Below, one piece after another: positions 31,550 to 45,359 of a stretch of DNA of 64,000 bases. Source of the stretch: Oikopleura dioica (taxonomy: Eukaryota > Animalia > Chordata); assembly GCA_907165135.1 (NCBI GenBank), contig OU015566.1, positions 8,990,001 through 9,054,000 on the forward strand. The letters are read 5' to 3'. The position numbers and the translations under genes were made by a program. The notes under the pieces are model-generated. The model did no database searches, was not told the DNA's origin, and saw only the letters and a program-made list of their open reading frames with translations. Numbering within the stretch: position 1 is the first letter of the stretch; every line of letters begins with the position of its first letter.

Positions 31550-34500
31550 TAGAGATATGTTGTGGAACTCTCAGGTGAAGCAGAAGTCGAAAAGCTTCAA
31601 CAACTTGGCCTTACTGTAAAGAAGGCGAAATTTGAGAACTTTTACTTTGTTGAAAAATCGAGAGGCAGATCAAAAAGAGATGCGGAGTCTCTCGAAGAAA
31701 TTCTAGCGCGAGAGAAAGATGTGCTCGACTTTGACCTTGAAGAACCACTCATAAGAACGAAAAGAGGAGAGGAAAGAATTCTGACAGATCGAAAATATGG
31801 CCGAAGACCAGCTATGAGGAGAGTCAGCCGGGTCAATGGTAAGCTTTTGTTTTGTGTTTTATTTTACTCATTTTTTTCTTCTTAGAAGAAACTGAGATAA
31901 TCCCGAATAGTTTTACCGAGGGGCCAGTTGACTTGTTGGAGCAAGAAACGTTGTCGCCATATACGTATCCATTATACGATTCTAGTACTTTTCCACCAGA
32001 TGATCAAAGTAGCTGTACTCAGGACTCATTCATAAATCCTAAATAACCATAATTGCATCATAACGAATATATTTTGAATCCTGTATAATAGCATTGCGAT
32101 AATATAGCTGATCTTTACGAGCAAGTGCTCTGCATTTATACAGCTAAGTAAGTGCCCTAGAATAGAATTAAAATAGACGATTAAAACATAATTAAGTTGC
32201 TCTCCGAACGGAGATTACTCAACATCGAGTGTAGACACCACAGAGAATGAATACTGGCCGCGTCCTCCGCTCGAACAAGTCCACAATACAAGTAAAGTAA
32301 CAAGCCACGTATTCAGTGCGGTTAACCAGTCACAACTCTAAAGGCCTCTTCAACGATCCAAGCTTCAAGAATCAATGGAGAATCGGGCGCCACAACATCG
32401 AAGCTGCGTGGAAGAAAGGCTACACGTGAGTCAGGTAGGGTTAGAGCACTGATTTGGGACCGGATAGCTAGCTGCGAGCGCTGATCATCAAACACAGTAA
32501 TTATTTGACTTCTTAGTGGTAAAGGAGTCAAGGTAGTCGTTGCAGATGATGGTTTGGAACGAACTCATCACGATCTGGAACCAAACTACAGCCCTGGTAG
32601 ATTTCTTTTTTCCATTAAACAAAATGATGAAAATTAGAGATCTCGACCGATCTCAATGGCAACGACTCTGATCCTTCTCCCGAAATATTTGACAAATTCA
32701 ATGGAAACAAGTGCCCGATTTGTACTGATTCAAATAGCTGGATGTGCGACAGAAGAAATTGTCCAAATCATGGAACCAAATGTGCCGGAATTATCGCTGC
32801 CAAGGCTAATAATAACGAATGCATTGTCGGAGTTGCTCATGAGGCAAATATAGGAATCGAGTTAAGATCGTATATTTTTTTTCTTAAAAACCCTTCTCAA
32901 CTTTTAAAAGGTGGAATACGTATGTTAGACGGGACAATCAGGGACGAAACAGAAGCTGATGCTCTCACGCACCGACAAGACCTGGTTGATATTTACTCAA
33001 ACAGGACAGGGTCTTTCTCGCACTTTCTTAAAAAGGTTGTTAATTGATTACACGTTACGTGTGATTTGTTTTCCACTCTTCAGACTTTCTTTAATTTTAA
33101 AAGCCCTATTCAAGCTGGGGACCGGATGATACGGGTTACATGATGGATGGACCAAGAGTGCTCGGCAGTGCGGCTCTCGCTCAAGGAACCAGAGATGGTA
33201 GAGGAGGAAAAGGGTCGATATTCGTTTGGGGAAGTGGAAACGGCGCTGGAAGAGGGTAGTTTTTTAATCAAGAAATAGATTGGAATATTTGTAGCGACGA
33301 TTGTGGGGCAGATGGATACGCAGGATCCATGTACACGATCACATTTGCCGCGGCCACTCATTTTGGTCAGCCTCCTTCATATTCAGGTGGCATTTAAAGG
33401 TTCGCAAAGGTTGGAACATTCCTTTAGAAAAGTGTTCTGCGGTTATGAGCACGATCTACTCGAACACTGGTGACAATGGCCTTGCCGGCGCGACCGAAAT
33501 CTGCACCACTTCTATAAACAATACCTGCGAGCAAGATTTTGGCGGAACATCTGCTGTGGCACCATTTGGAGCAGGAATTATCGCGCTCGGGTTGCAAGCG
33601 AATCCAAGTCTTTCCTGGAGAGATGTTCAGCACATTGTTGTCAGAAGTTCAAAAAAGTCCATCGAATCGTCTGGACATCATTTTCGACTTGATGAAAGAA
33701 GTAATTACCATATTTTTATTGAAGACAAACCATAACCTTAATAAAATTTTTTGGCATATATGTTTTCTTAGCACGGATGCAGTGAAGAAACTAATCTATC
33801 CTCACTGCCATCTTGTTGAACGTACCCCGTATAAACCTAACCATATTTATCTTGTAACAACAACAAAATTCAGAAGTAAATTGGCAGCAAAATGACGCAG
33901 GCTTCTGGACATCCGAGTCATTTGGTTTCGGACTCTTAGATGCCTTAAAATTCATCGAAACCGCGGAGCGATGGCCTTCTGTAATTGGCGAACAGCGACA
34001 CTGTAAACTTGACTGGCCCCCAAAGAACACACCTTACAGTATGTCAGCCTTGACCATGATTTTTGATAGTTTAACAAACAACTGCGTCTAGACGCGACTG
34101 GAGAATTCGACAAAGATCCAAGGAGAAGGCCCAGGGAAGAGTTTACGGCGAAAACAACCCATTTATTTGTGACGGATCATATGTCCGATTGTCCCTTTTT
34201 CCTTGAACATGTGGTTGTGTCCGTCAAGGTTACACAAATGTTTTAAGTCTTCAACTCTTATTATTTTACTTAGATTCGATACCCATACAAAAGAGGAAAT
34301 CTGAAGATTGAACTCCGCTCACCTAGGGATAAGGTTGTTTCAACGCTCCTGGACTACAGACCGAATGACGAGGTAATGATGAGTGCGGAAAAAAATCTTG
34401 AAAGGGTATTTAGGCAGCGAATATTGGTCTTAAAAGCCAGCAGAATCGGCATTTGAATGGTTGGAAAATGAGTTCGGTTCAATTTTGGGGAGAACAACCG

Positions 34501-34642
34501 CGCGGGGCATGGATTCTTAGCATAAAAGAAAGACAAAAACTACCAAGAAAGTAAAGTATCTAAATCTAAGCAAACCTATAAAAATTTAGGAGATTCGCGA
34601 ACCACGGAACTCATCAAAATGGAGACCCGAAGAGAGAAATAA
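31550..34642 (+). CDS. Subtilisin/kexin proprotein convertase (furin/PC family); signal peptide exon and stop approximate
   Basis: Prodomain with RSKR and RTKR sites; catalytic VVADDG, HGTKCAG, SWGPDD...[34 protein letters not shown]; P-domain [11 protein letters not shown] and [10 protein letters not shown]. Confidence 0.92.
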
Positions 34643-34938
34643 TCTCATGGAGTCTAGATCTCTACGGAACGCACGAGCAGCCGCCTGTTAACCTTTAAAT
34701 TTTCGCTTTTAGAAAAAGACTTTGGCACTTTTCTGTACATTCTAGGCTTTAAGAATACACAATCCAATTTGAACATGTAAAAAGATGTGGGAAGAGGAAA
34801 ATCGACAATTAGCAAAAGCTTCTGGGAACTAAATCGAGCGTTACGAAACCTCTCTTTAGAACGTGGCGGCTGACATTTAGGCACTCAATAAAGTTTAGTC
34901 CGCGGTTAAAACATTTTCATTTCTTGGACATTCAAAAA

Positions 34939-36274
34939 ATGAAGATATTTTTACTCATTTTTGCTTTGATCAACGTAACTCGAGGCCAGGGTGGCCTCGG
35001 AGTCAACATAATGGATTTCATGGGCCCAAATGGAGTCGACTTAGTTGCCTTTCAGAAGGCGATGGAAGAAGCTGCAGCAAGACTAGCTCAGGAATCGGCT
35101 CAGGCAGCGGCTCAGGAAACGGTCTTGTGATTAGAGAGATTTCGTAGATAAGAGTTTTTCGGCTAAAAGCCCTGTAAAAGTTAGCTAGAGAGGAAGAGAG
35201 AAAAAGTAGCGAAGCCGCGATTGAGGAAGCCGAAAAGCGGACAAGAGAGCAAGCTGAAAGAGAGAAAGAAGAAGCTCTGAAGAAGGCAGAAGAAGAGAAA
35301 CAAGCTGCGCTTGAGGCGGAAAGACAGTCCGCACAAAAGGAAAAAGAAGCAGCACTTGAAGCTGAACGAAAAGAAGCCCGGCGACAACGAATCATTGCCA
35401 TCAGAAAAGCACGAAAAGAAGCGCGAGAAGCAGCCTTAGCAGCAAAAACAGCACCATCAACAACTACAACGACGTCAACTACAACTTCGACTACAACCTC
35501 AACAACTACGTCAACAACAACGACTACAACCAAATCGACAACAACAACAAAGCGACCAACTACAAGAGGCGCTCCAAGGACTACTCGTCCTCGTGTGACT
35601 CGGCCAGCTTTAGGTAATATAAGGCGAATTCTTCTTTTTAAATGAGTTAGTTAAACTTGATCCTGAAATCTTTGGAAAATATCGATACTGCCGAAAATGC
35701 GTTGGTGAAACTGCCGAGGACTGTATCAAAGCAAATCGTCTCGAAACTTGTCGAAATCCCTCAATGACATGTCACGTGAATTTCCGAAGAACTCATGGCG
35801 TAGCTATCTTCCGATCTGGTTGTATGAAGCTCGATGAGTGCCAGAATCACGAGCGTCAGAACATGGGCAGCGCTCACGGCGCACGAAATATTTACACCAT
35901 GCAATGCAGGTGAATGAAACTATCGTGCTTGGAACTTTAGCAAGAAATATTTTAGACCGGGTTGGGTTTTGCCAGGAAGACCAAGTACATGCACTTTCTG
36001 CCATAAGATGGGAACATGGGAAAAGTGAGTACCAAGTTTCTAACGCCTTGTTTAATTTTTTAGAACACATCTTCTATTTCAAAACGACACCATTGGGACT
36101 AATGATCCAAATGGTATTCTTGGCTACTCTTCCTTTGAGGTAAAAATTTGGAAAGTAACATCGATCAAAAATTTACTTTCCTAGGAAATCTTCGCTCATC
36201 CACTCAAAGAACTTCGACCAAACACCGCACTCTCTAAGCAAAAGTGGTACATGAATGCGCCACCATCTTACTGA
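34939..36274 (+). CDS. Secreted oikosin-like protein: signal peptide, charged alpha-helix, Thr-rich stalk, Cys-rich domain
   Basis: MKIFLLIFALINVTRG signal; E/A/K/R helix; poly-Thr; YCRKCVGETAEDC...TC...TC...SGC....EC...N...QC|RPG...STCTFC Cys pattern. Confidence 0.75.
35457..35551 (+). repeat. Degenerate ACA/ACN trinucleotide tract encoding a mucin-like poly-Thr stalk
   Basis: TTTTTSTTTSTTTSTTTSTTTTTTKSTTTT. Confidence 0.85.
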
Positions 36275-36369
36275 ACTATCTCAAACTATATTTCTCTGTA
36301 CCTAGATGACTCACTGTAAATACATTCCCGAAGTTTTTATTCAATATAAAAAATATCATTTTCTCCACA

Positions 36370-37850
36370 GTCAAGCCAGCCATTTTCAGCAATAAAGATG
36401 TTGTCGAGATCAACATTGTGGTTGATGACATGGAATCTCAGCTTTCCGATGAGATCTTTGGGGGTAAAGTTTGAGTAGTTGTCGATAGATGTTACCTAGA
36501 TAAAAACATAAAAAGATTACCAGCGAAATCTTACCATAAAGTCGAAATATCTATGGACAGTAGAGTCGGTAGCTTCGAGATAAAAGAACATCCATGCTCC
36601 ATTTTTCACATGTGGACTTGCTTTATCGTAAATGTACTGAAGGAATACATTTTGGTTTCTAAAGACTGGGTGGCCATCGGATTCAGCAATAACTTTTTGA
36701 CTTTCTGAGCCAAAAATTTCTTGATAGTCTTTGAAGGCAACCAGATCGTAGCGACCTTGATACAGGGGAAAGTCGTTTTGAATTCGTTTTCGACAGATGC
36801 TCTTTTCGTCAGTTTCATCGAGTATTGGATGCCTTCCCCTTATCAGTGAGCTCTGTTCATGATAGATGATTTGGATTCTAATACATGCTCACCTGCTGAG
36901 CGATGATATTCACAGAATCAATATCCTGCGAAGGTCGTATCAGGGGGAAGTGCTTTGGCGCACAGGAGGTTGTTTGAGTCCACGGTTGTGATCTCGTCTC
37001 TAATTAAAAAAGATAAAATTAATATTCAATAAGTACCTTGGCAATCAAGAAATTCTGACTTAATTGGATCCGACTCGTTGAAATTTCTTGGAAATAGAGT
37101 GATCGCTTCTATTTGCGTCTTGAAAAACTTCTTTCTCAAGATCTTCCATGTTTGATCTTCTGAGTTCTTATAGAAAAGTATTCGTCTCATATCCCGCTTT
37201 CTCCAAATGGTCATTTTCGCGTTTATTGAGTTCTTTCGTCTCTTTTCAAATTTTATATAAACTCCGTTGAAGAGCTTTCTGGTCCAAGGATCCTCAATTT
37301 TGAGATCGACTAGTATTCTTTCTGAAACTGGATATTTGATTCCACATTGATGAGCGCCGCAAAGAGTTGACGTTCTATCAAGGGCGTAGAATGTCAACCG
37401 GTTGGGGTCTTCCTTGATTTCAGCAGACTGAATCTAATGAAGACTGATATTTTAAACGAATTTACCGATCCACATAATTTTTCAGCATCGGTGAAAGATG
37501 AAAAGTTCCGAGGGACAACTCGGTAGTCAGTAATGAATCGATAAGAATCTTGTGCATAGAGCAGTCCATTCTGCATACAAAGCCGATTCCTCGACCGCTG
37601 ACATAGACCCTGCTTTACTGAACATGGTTCCCACCTCATCCATGCGCTGAAAACCGGCCTAGCTTCGCATTCGTAGCTAGTTTCTTTCACTGGATGTGAA
37701 CATCTCTCGGTGCATATTTCCTCGCGCGTTCTCTGCAATCTCTCCTCTTTCAAAAGCATGGCGTCCAAGCCGACCAAGATCTCACCTCTGCGGCTACGAG
37801 ACTGCACAAGAATACAAAAACAGATCTCATTTACATTCTCCAAAATCCAA
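36370..37850 (-). CDS. Uncharacterised protein with a thrombospondin type-1-like repeat (boundaries approximate; may be more than one gene)
   Basis: FSAWMRWEPCSVKQGLCQRSRNRLC TSP1-like motif; several spliced open frames. Confidence 0.5.
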
Positions 37851-38000
37851 ATCAGGTATCTTCGAGCTTATTTACATTTCCAATAAGATTTGAATTACAA
37901 ATTTTGAAAGATAGATCATCGTCTTTATTGAATTTGTACAGCTCTACACAGATTCTTTTTGTGCGCATCTGATTATGGATATCATGATTTTCGAATAGCT

Positions 38001-39602
38001 TTAGGATGTGCTGGGATTGTTGGCTTGGGTGACGTCCATAAGGTCGTGCTCGTGGATAGCTAAAGAAAATTTGAAAACAACAATCAATATAAAGTATATT
38101 TACTTGTCTTTTCACCGGTGGTTCGCTCTCGGATTCCGAAGATATCGTTATCTTTGCTGGAGATATGGCCCTCCTCGACAATTTTCTTGGCAGGGCGTTT
38201 CTGCACGGGACCTTCGGAAGGACTTGGATCCTCGTTAACATTCAAAACGTCAGTTGGAGTGGCGCGTTCAGCTCGGAACTTGGCTTTTGCCTCGGTCTCT
38301 TCAGAGTAGACATTGCTAAAAGATTTCTGTTTGGAAAGCGAGAACTTCTTAATCAGTGAAAGCAACCAACCACTTTCGAATTCTGGAAACGCAACGGCCG
38401 GTCCCAAGAACCCATGATTAGGGAAACTCGATGAAAAATGAGCTTTTTTTAGGGCTTAGTAGGGAGGAAGTATAATACAGTTTTAGAAAGCCCAGGAGCT
38501 GGGGATCATTTTGACTATTGATAGTAAGGGGTTTGACTCATGCCCTGGGGCACTTTTGGCCTTCCAAAGGGCCAAATTTCTGGTACTCTTCGGATAAGGG
38601 ACCATAACTTCTAGTATCCCGGGTCTATGGAAATAAAACTTATACTCGGTTGTAGAGGAGGCTCTGACGGTTCCGAATATGTATAGAAAACCACCGGGAC
38701 CCCCACCTCTAGAAGGCGCTAGAGGCTCTAGAAGTTGAGGAAGTCAACCAAAAATCGGTACTTTTTGCCTAAAAATGGCTGGAATTGTTGTATTTTCATT
38801 CGAAATCGATTATAAATAATTTCTAGCGATTTTGTGATATTCAAAAATTTCAGTTGAGGTCATTTGAGGTGAATTTTCAGCAAATTCTAGTTTTCGCTTT
38901 TGATGACCTAAAAGTGCCCAAAATTACCCCAAAACTTATTTTTAATCTAACAGAATCATCAAAAATGTAATTTTAATCGATTTCGAATGAAAATACAGCA
39001 TTTCCAGCACTTTTTGACAAAAAGTACCGATTTTTGGTTGACTTCCTCAACTTCTAGAGCCTCTAGCACCTTCTAGAGGTGGGGGTCCCGGTGGTTTTCT
39101 ATACATATTTGGAACCGTCAGAGCCTCCTCTACAACCGAGTATAAGTTTTATTTCCATAGACCGGGATACTAGAAGTTACGGTCCCTTATCCGAAGAGTA
39201 CCAGAAATTTGGCCCTTTGAAGGCCAAAAGTGCCCCAGGGCATGAGTCAAACCCCTTACTATCAATAGTCAAAATGATCCCCAGCTCCTGGGCTTTCTAA
39301 AACTGTATTATACTTCCTCCCTACTAAGCCCTAAAAAGCTCATTTTTCATCGAGTTTCCCTACCCATGATCTCCGAACGCCTTCACTTGAGATGCCGCGC
39401 GAAAGTGGAAAAAGAAGGGAAGCCTACCTCTTGCAAATTCGATGCGACATCTTCGCTTGCTACGAAATAACTGAGCTTTTGCCTGCATTTTGTCAACAAG
39501 TCCTACAAATGATTCTAGAACGCCTGCAATTCCAGTACGAATGCTCAGAACAATAATATCAAGATTTTGTTCAATGAAACCTTGAAATTTAATTGTATTC
39601 AT
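38001..39602 (-). CDS. Orphan gene whose exon is interrupted by the hAT element
   Basis: ORFs 39360-39602 and 38084-38407 fuse in frame (VKAFGDHG|FLGPAVAFPEF) when the element plus one TSD copy is removed. Confidence 0.6.
38419..39362. mobile_element. Non-autonomous hAT-type foldback element, 944 bp, about 390 bp inverted arms
   Basis: Ends TAGGGAAACTCG...CGAGTTTCCCTA; perfect 8 bp TSD CCCATGAT (38411-38418 and 39363-39370); arms approx. 38419-38812 and 38974-39362 with a handful of mismatches/indels; ~160 bp AT-rich spacer; no transposase. Confidence 0.93.
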
Positions 39603-39772
39603 ATTTCATTTGAAAGTTTTTGAACTGGTTATTTATTTATTTAGCGGTTCGGTTGAACTCAACAGATCCTTTACCACATACAGAAAGTATTTTAATTATA
39701 ACCTAATAGACAAACACCAATTATAACTCAGATAATCTGATGTTATAAAACTTAAAATCTCCTCAGAACAGC

Positions 39773-41799
39773 TCACTTCTGATTCTTTGCGCCACCACGT
39801 TTCTTTTCTTTCTTCCCAGATTTCTCTTCAACTATAAATCGGATGAATGGAAAGTAAAAGCTTCATGGCTTACTTTTAGGAGGGTCAGGGAAGTCGTACT
39901 TTAGCTTTCTAATCGCCCAGTAATCTTGAACCTTCTCTGGTGTCGCGTTTACTCTTCTTTCTTGATGTTCTTTTACCAATTCTTGAAGACAAGCGATGCA
40001 CTTTTGCTTGATCTCGCCGGTTAGCAGATTACCTGAAGACAGTTATTGTTGAAAAAATTAGAATATGAGTTGTTTACCCGCTCTGTAGTCCTTTTCAATC
40101 TGCGCGAGTTCTTCATCATCCTCGAGGAAGAATTTCAAATACTGGAATGACGTATCGATATCTGGATTTCCGCCCAATTTCCTATGCGTCTCCACATCGA
40201 CCTATCATTTTTATTACGTAAGCTTTTACCAAATTATAAAAATATATAATCGTCTACCCCTTTGAATAAATAAAAATCGTTACGTTATTTCATGCTTACC
40301 TGTCCGCCCGAGAAGGCATATTTATTAATCTTTTTCTTGATTTCATTTGGCGTGTCTGTCAGGAAAATCGATGTGGTCGCATCTGAGGCGGACATCTTTG
40401 TTTTCGAGCCTTGGAGAGCAGGGAAGAAGACGCTTATTAATAATAAGTTATTATGAACAAGGAATGATTTTAATTCGTAATCAACAAACCTGTGCAGCAA
40501 GGCTGGCTTTCGTAAACCTTTAGCACCCTTTGGGAGCCCTGGAGGCTTCAATTTCGGAGCGACATCTCTGGTCATTCGGAAGTAGGGATCTTGGTCGATC
40601 GCACAAGGGATGAGACAGGGAACATCTAAGTTTCCATTGAAGATCTGTGGAAAACTGCCGGAGAAACTAGAACAAGTGAGTTACATTCAAGACCGACAAA
40701 CATCTGGAAAAATCCCAGCCATCGCTATATTTGAGACGGCTATTTTTGAGTTTAGTCATGGGATTAGATCTTACCTGGGCGCAGCTTGAATGGCAGGGAA
40801 ACTAATCTTTCCCATAGCATCTGAATCTCCAAATCCGAAGATTCCCTTAATTTGGTTATAATTGACGGACTTCTCGATTCTCTTCATGTTCCAGTAGAAC
40901 GCTTTCGAAGATGGAATGTAGTTCAAATCCGAGAAGATGAAGGTCTTGTCTTCATCGAATCCACAAGCAATGATGTCTTTTGAGTTCTCCTTGGCAAGTT
41001 GCTCGCATTCCTCAAGCTCGAGGTTTTTCCACAAGAATTTTTCGTCATCAGTAAGTTGGATGACTAGTGGGACGTCAAATGTATCTTGAAGCCATTTGGT
41101 CATGATAAAGGGGACCAAATGCCCAAGATGCATGGCTTGACTAGAATCAGTTTCATCGTTGGATTCATCTTCAAAAAGTATTACCTTGAAGGACCTCGGC
41201 CAGTATAAAGATAGAATGGCTTCTTCTGCTCGTACAGATCGAGGATTTGCTCGAACTCCCGATGGGAGAAAAATATTCCACGTCGCAAAAATCGGTGCAC
41301 TTTCTTTCCAGTGAGACGCTCACACCTTTCCAATAGCTCAGGCGTAATCGGCGAGGAGCCAAATCGTTCAATAAGCTAATAAATTTCAACTAACGGAAAA
41401 CAATATGAAAATTTCATGCAAGCGGCAGATTTTGGTAAATTCTTCATGAAGAATATTCATTTCGAATTTACCTTATCATAATCGATTTCGTCGTCAGCAG
41501 CTTCTACGTCCCAAGGAGTAACAAGATCTTGCTTTGGTGCTGCAGCGGGTGCGCCGGAGGAATCTCCAGGAAGAACGTCTTATTTAAAAGTCTACATCTG
41601 TGGCTTATGCTTTGAGACATGCAAAAATCTCATTTAGAGACTATTCCTTTATTATATTCCTGGCCAGTTTGCGACTTGTATTCAATCTTTAGCTTTTGAG
41701 CTCATCAACGGCCGCCAAAACTTCTTCCTTAGCTGCTTTTGCCGCTTTCAGCTCTCTAACCTTGTCGCCTTGCGCCGTTACTTGGTTGTATATATCCAT
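39773..41799 (-). CDS. WARS1: Cytoplasmic tryptophanyl-tRNA synthetase with N-terminal WHEP domain
   Basis: [21 protein letters not shown]; [16 protein letters not shown]|[47 protein letters not shown]. Confidence 0.96.
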
Positions 41800-42618
41800 T
41801 CTATACGAAAGGCGTTTTACTGATGATGATTTTCAACTGGCAGTTTTTATACTCGACAATAACGAAATGACGAAAATAGAAGAAATGTTTGATCAATGAT
41901 CTAATGTCTGTAAAATGAATCATCGTCGATAGAATTAATCCTGCTGAAACAAGAGTACTGAAAATCCGATTCCTAAACAAGTAAAAGTAGGAACTCTTTT
42001 ACACGCTAAAGACCACAGCATGCCCTGAGTTTCTCACTCGGCTCCAGAGCCGTTTATCAATTCAATTGTCAACAACCAGTCTTACAATTGTAAGTGTCAG
42101 TATTCGTATTTTTTATTTATATAAAATATTTTCACTTGGAAGCAGAAAAGAGGATTTCCTTATTTTTTAGCGGACAATTTCATAAAAAGTTGTTTCAAAG
42201 ATGTTTCAACTTGTACGGTCAATAAAGGAATCGAGTAATGTAATAAAATACCAGTAGAATATCACATGTAAGGCATGATAAGGTGAAAATCTTGGGTTGG
42301 AAAGTGTTGGGAATTTCGTGTTTTTTTGTTTAGAATCTAAACTTTAGATGGAACTATACAGCAAGAATAAGAATATAATAAGAATGGAGCTATTCGGAGG
42401 GAAAGGAAAAATATGAGCGAGATTGAGATTGTCAAAAGGTATTCTTTTGATCAAGAATGGATTGATTGTGGAAGCACGCTAGAGTGAGAATTGAACGAAT
42501 GTTATTTGATAGATAACAAATTGCATACACTAGGAAGTGGGGACATATTTTAAGGCACTTGACTTCATATTTCGAGTCATAAATTATGACTCATAATTAA
42601 GGGAGGGCATTCACGTGA

Positions 42619-44972
<2,354 letters not shown>

Positions 44973-45359
44973 CTATTTACTCACTCACTTGTTTCTAAAA
45001 GAAGAAATATGTAAATCTCATATTTTGGCAAAGGAATCAGCTGATGAAGATTTAGGTCAATAACTGGTTGGAAACGTTGGGTCGTGTACAGTGCAAAAAG
45101 TGGGATTTGAAAGTAGGGAATCGAAAAATGTGAGAAAGAACAGTTCAGTGTGAAAAGAAAGAAACTTCTGATAAGAGTGGATTCATTTAGTTTTCTTTTT
45201 TTGATCATGCATAAGTTTGGATTGTTGAAGATACCGCTTACAAATGTCAATATTAGCTTAGAGGCGGTTCTGCTTGAGATAATTGCTCGGTTAATTAGCG
45301 TTTTTTTTGTTTGATAATGAAGATTTTTTATGTGTTAGTTGTGCCAAGGCGTGCTCACT

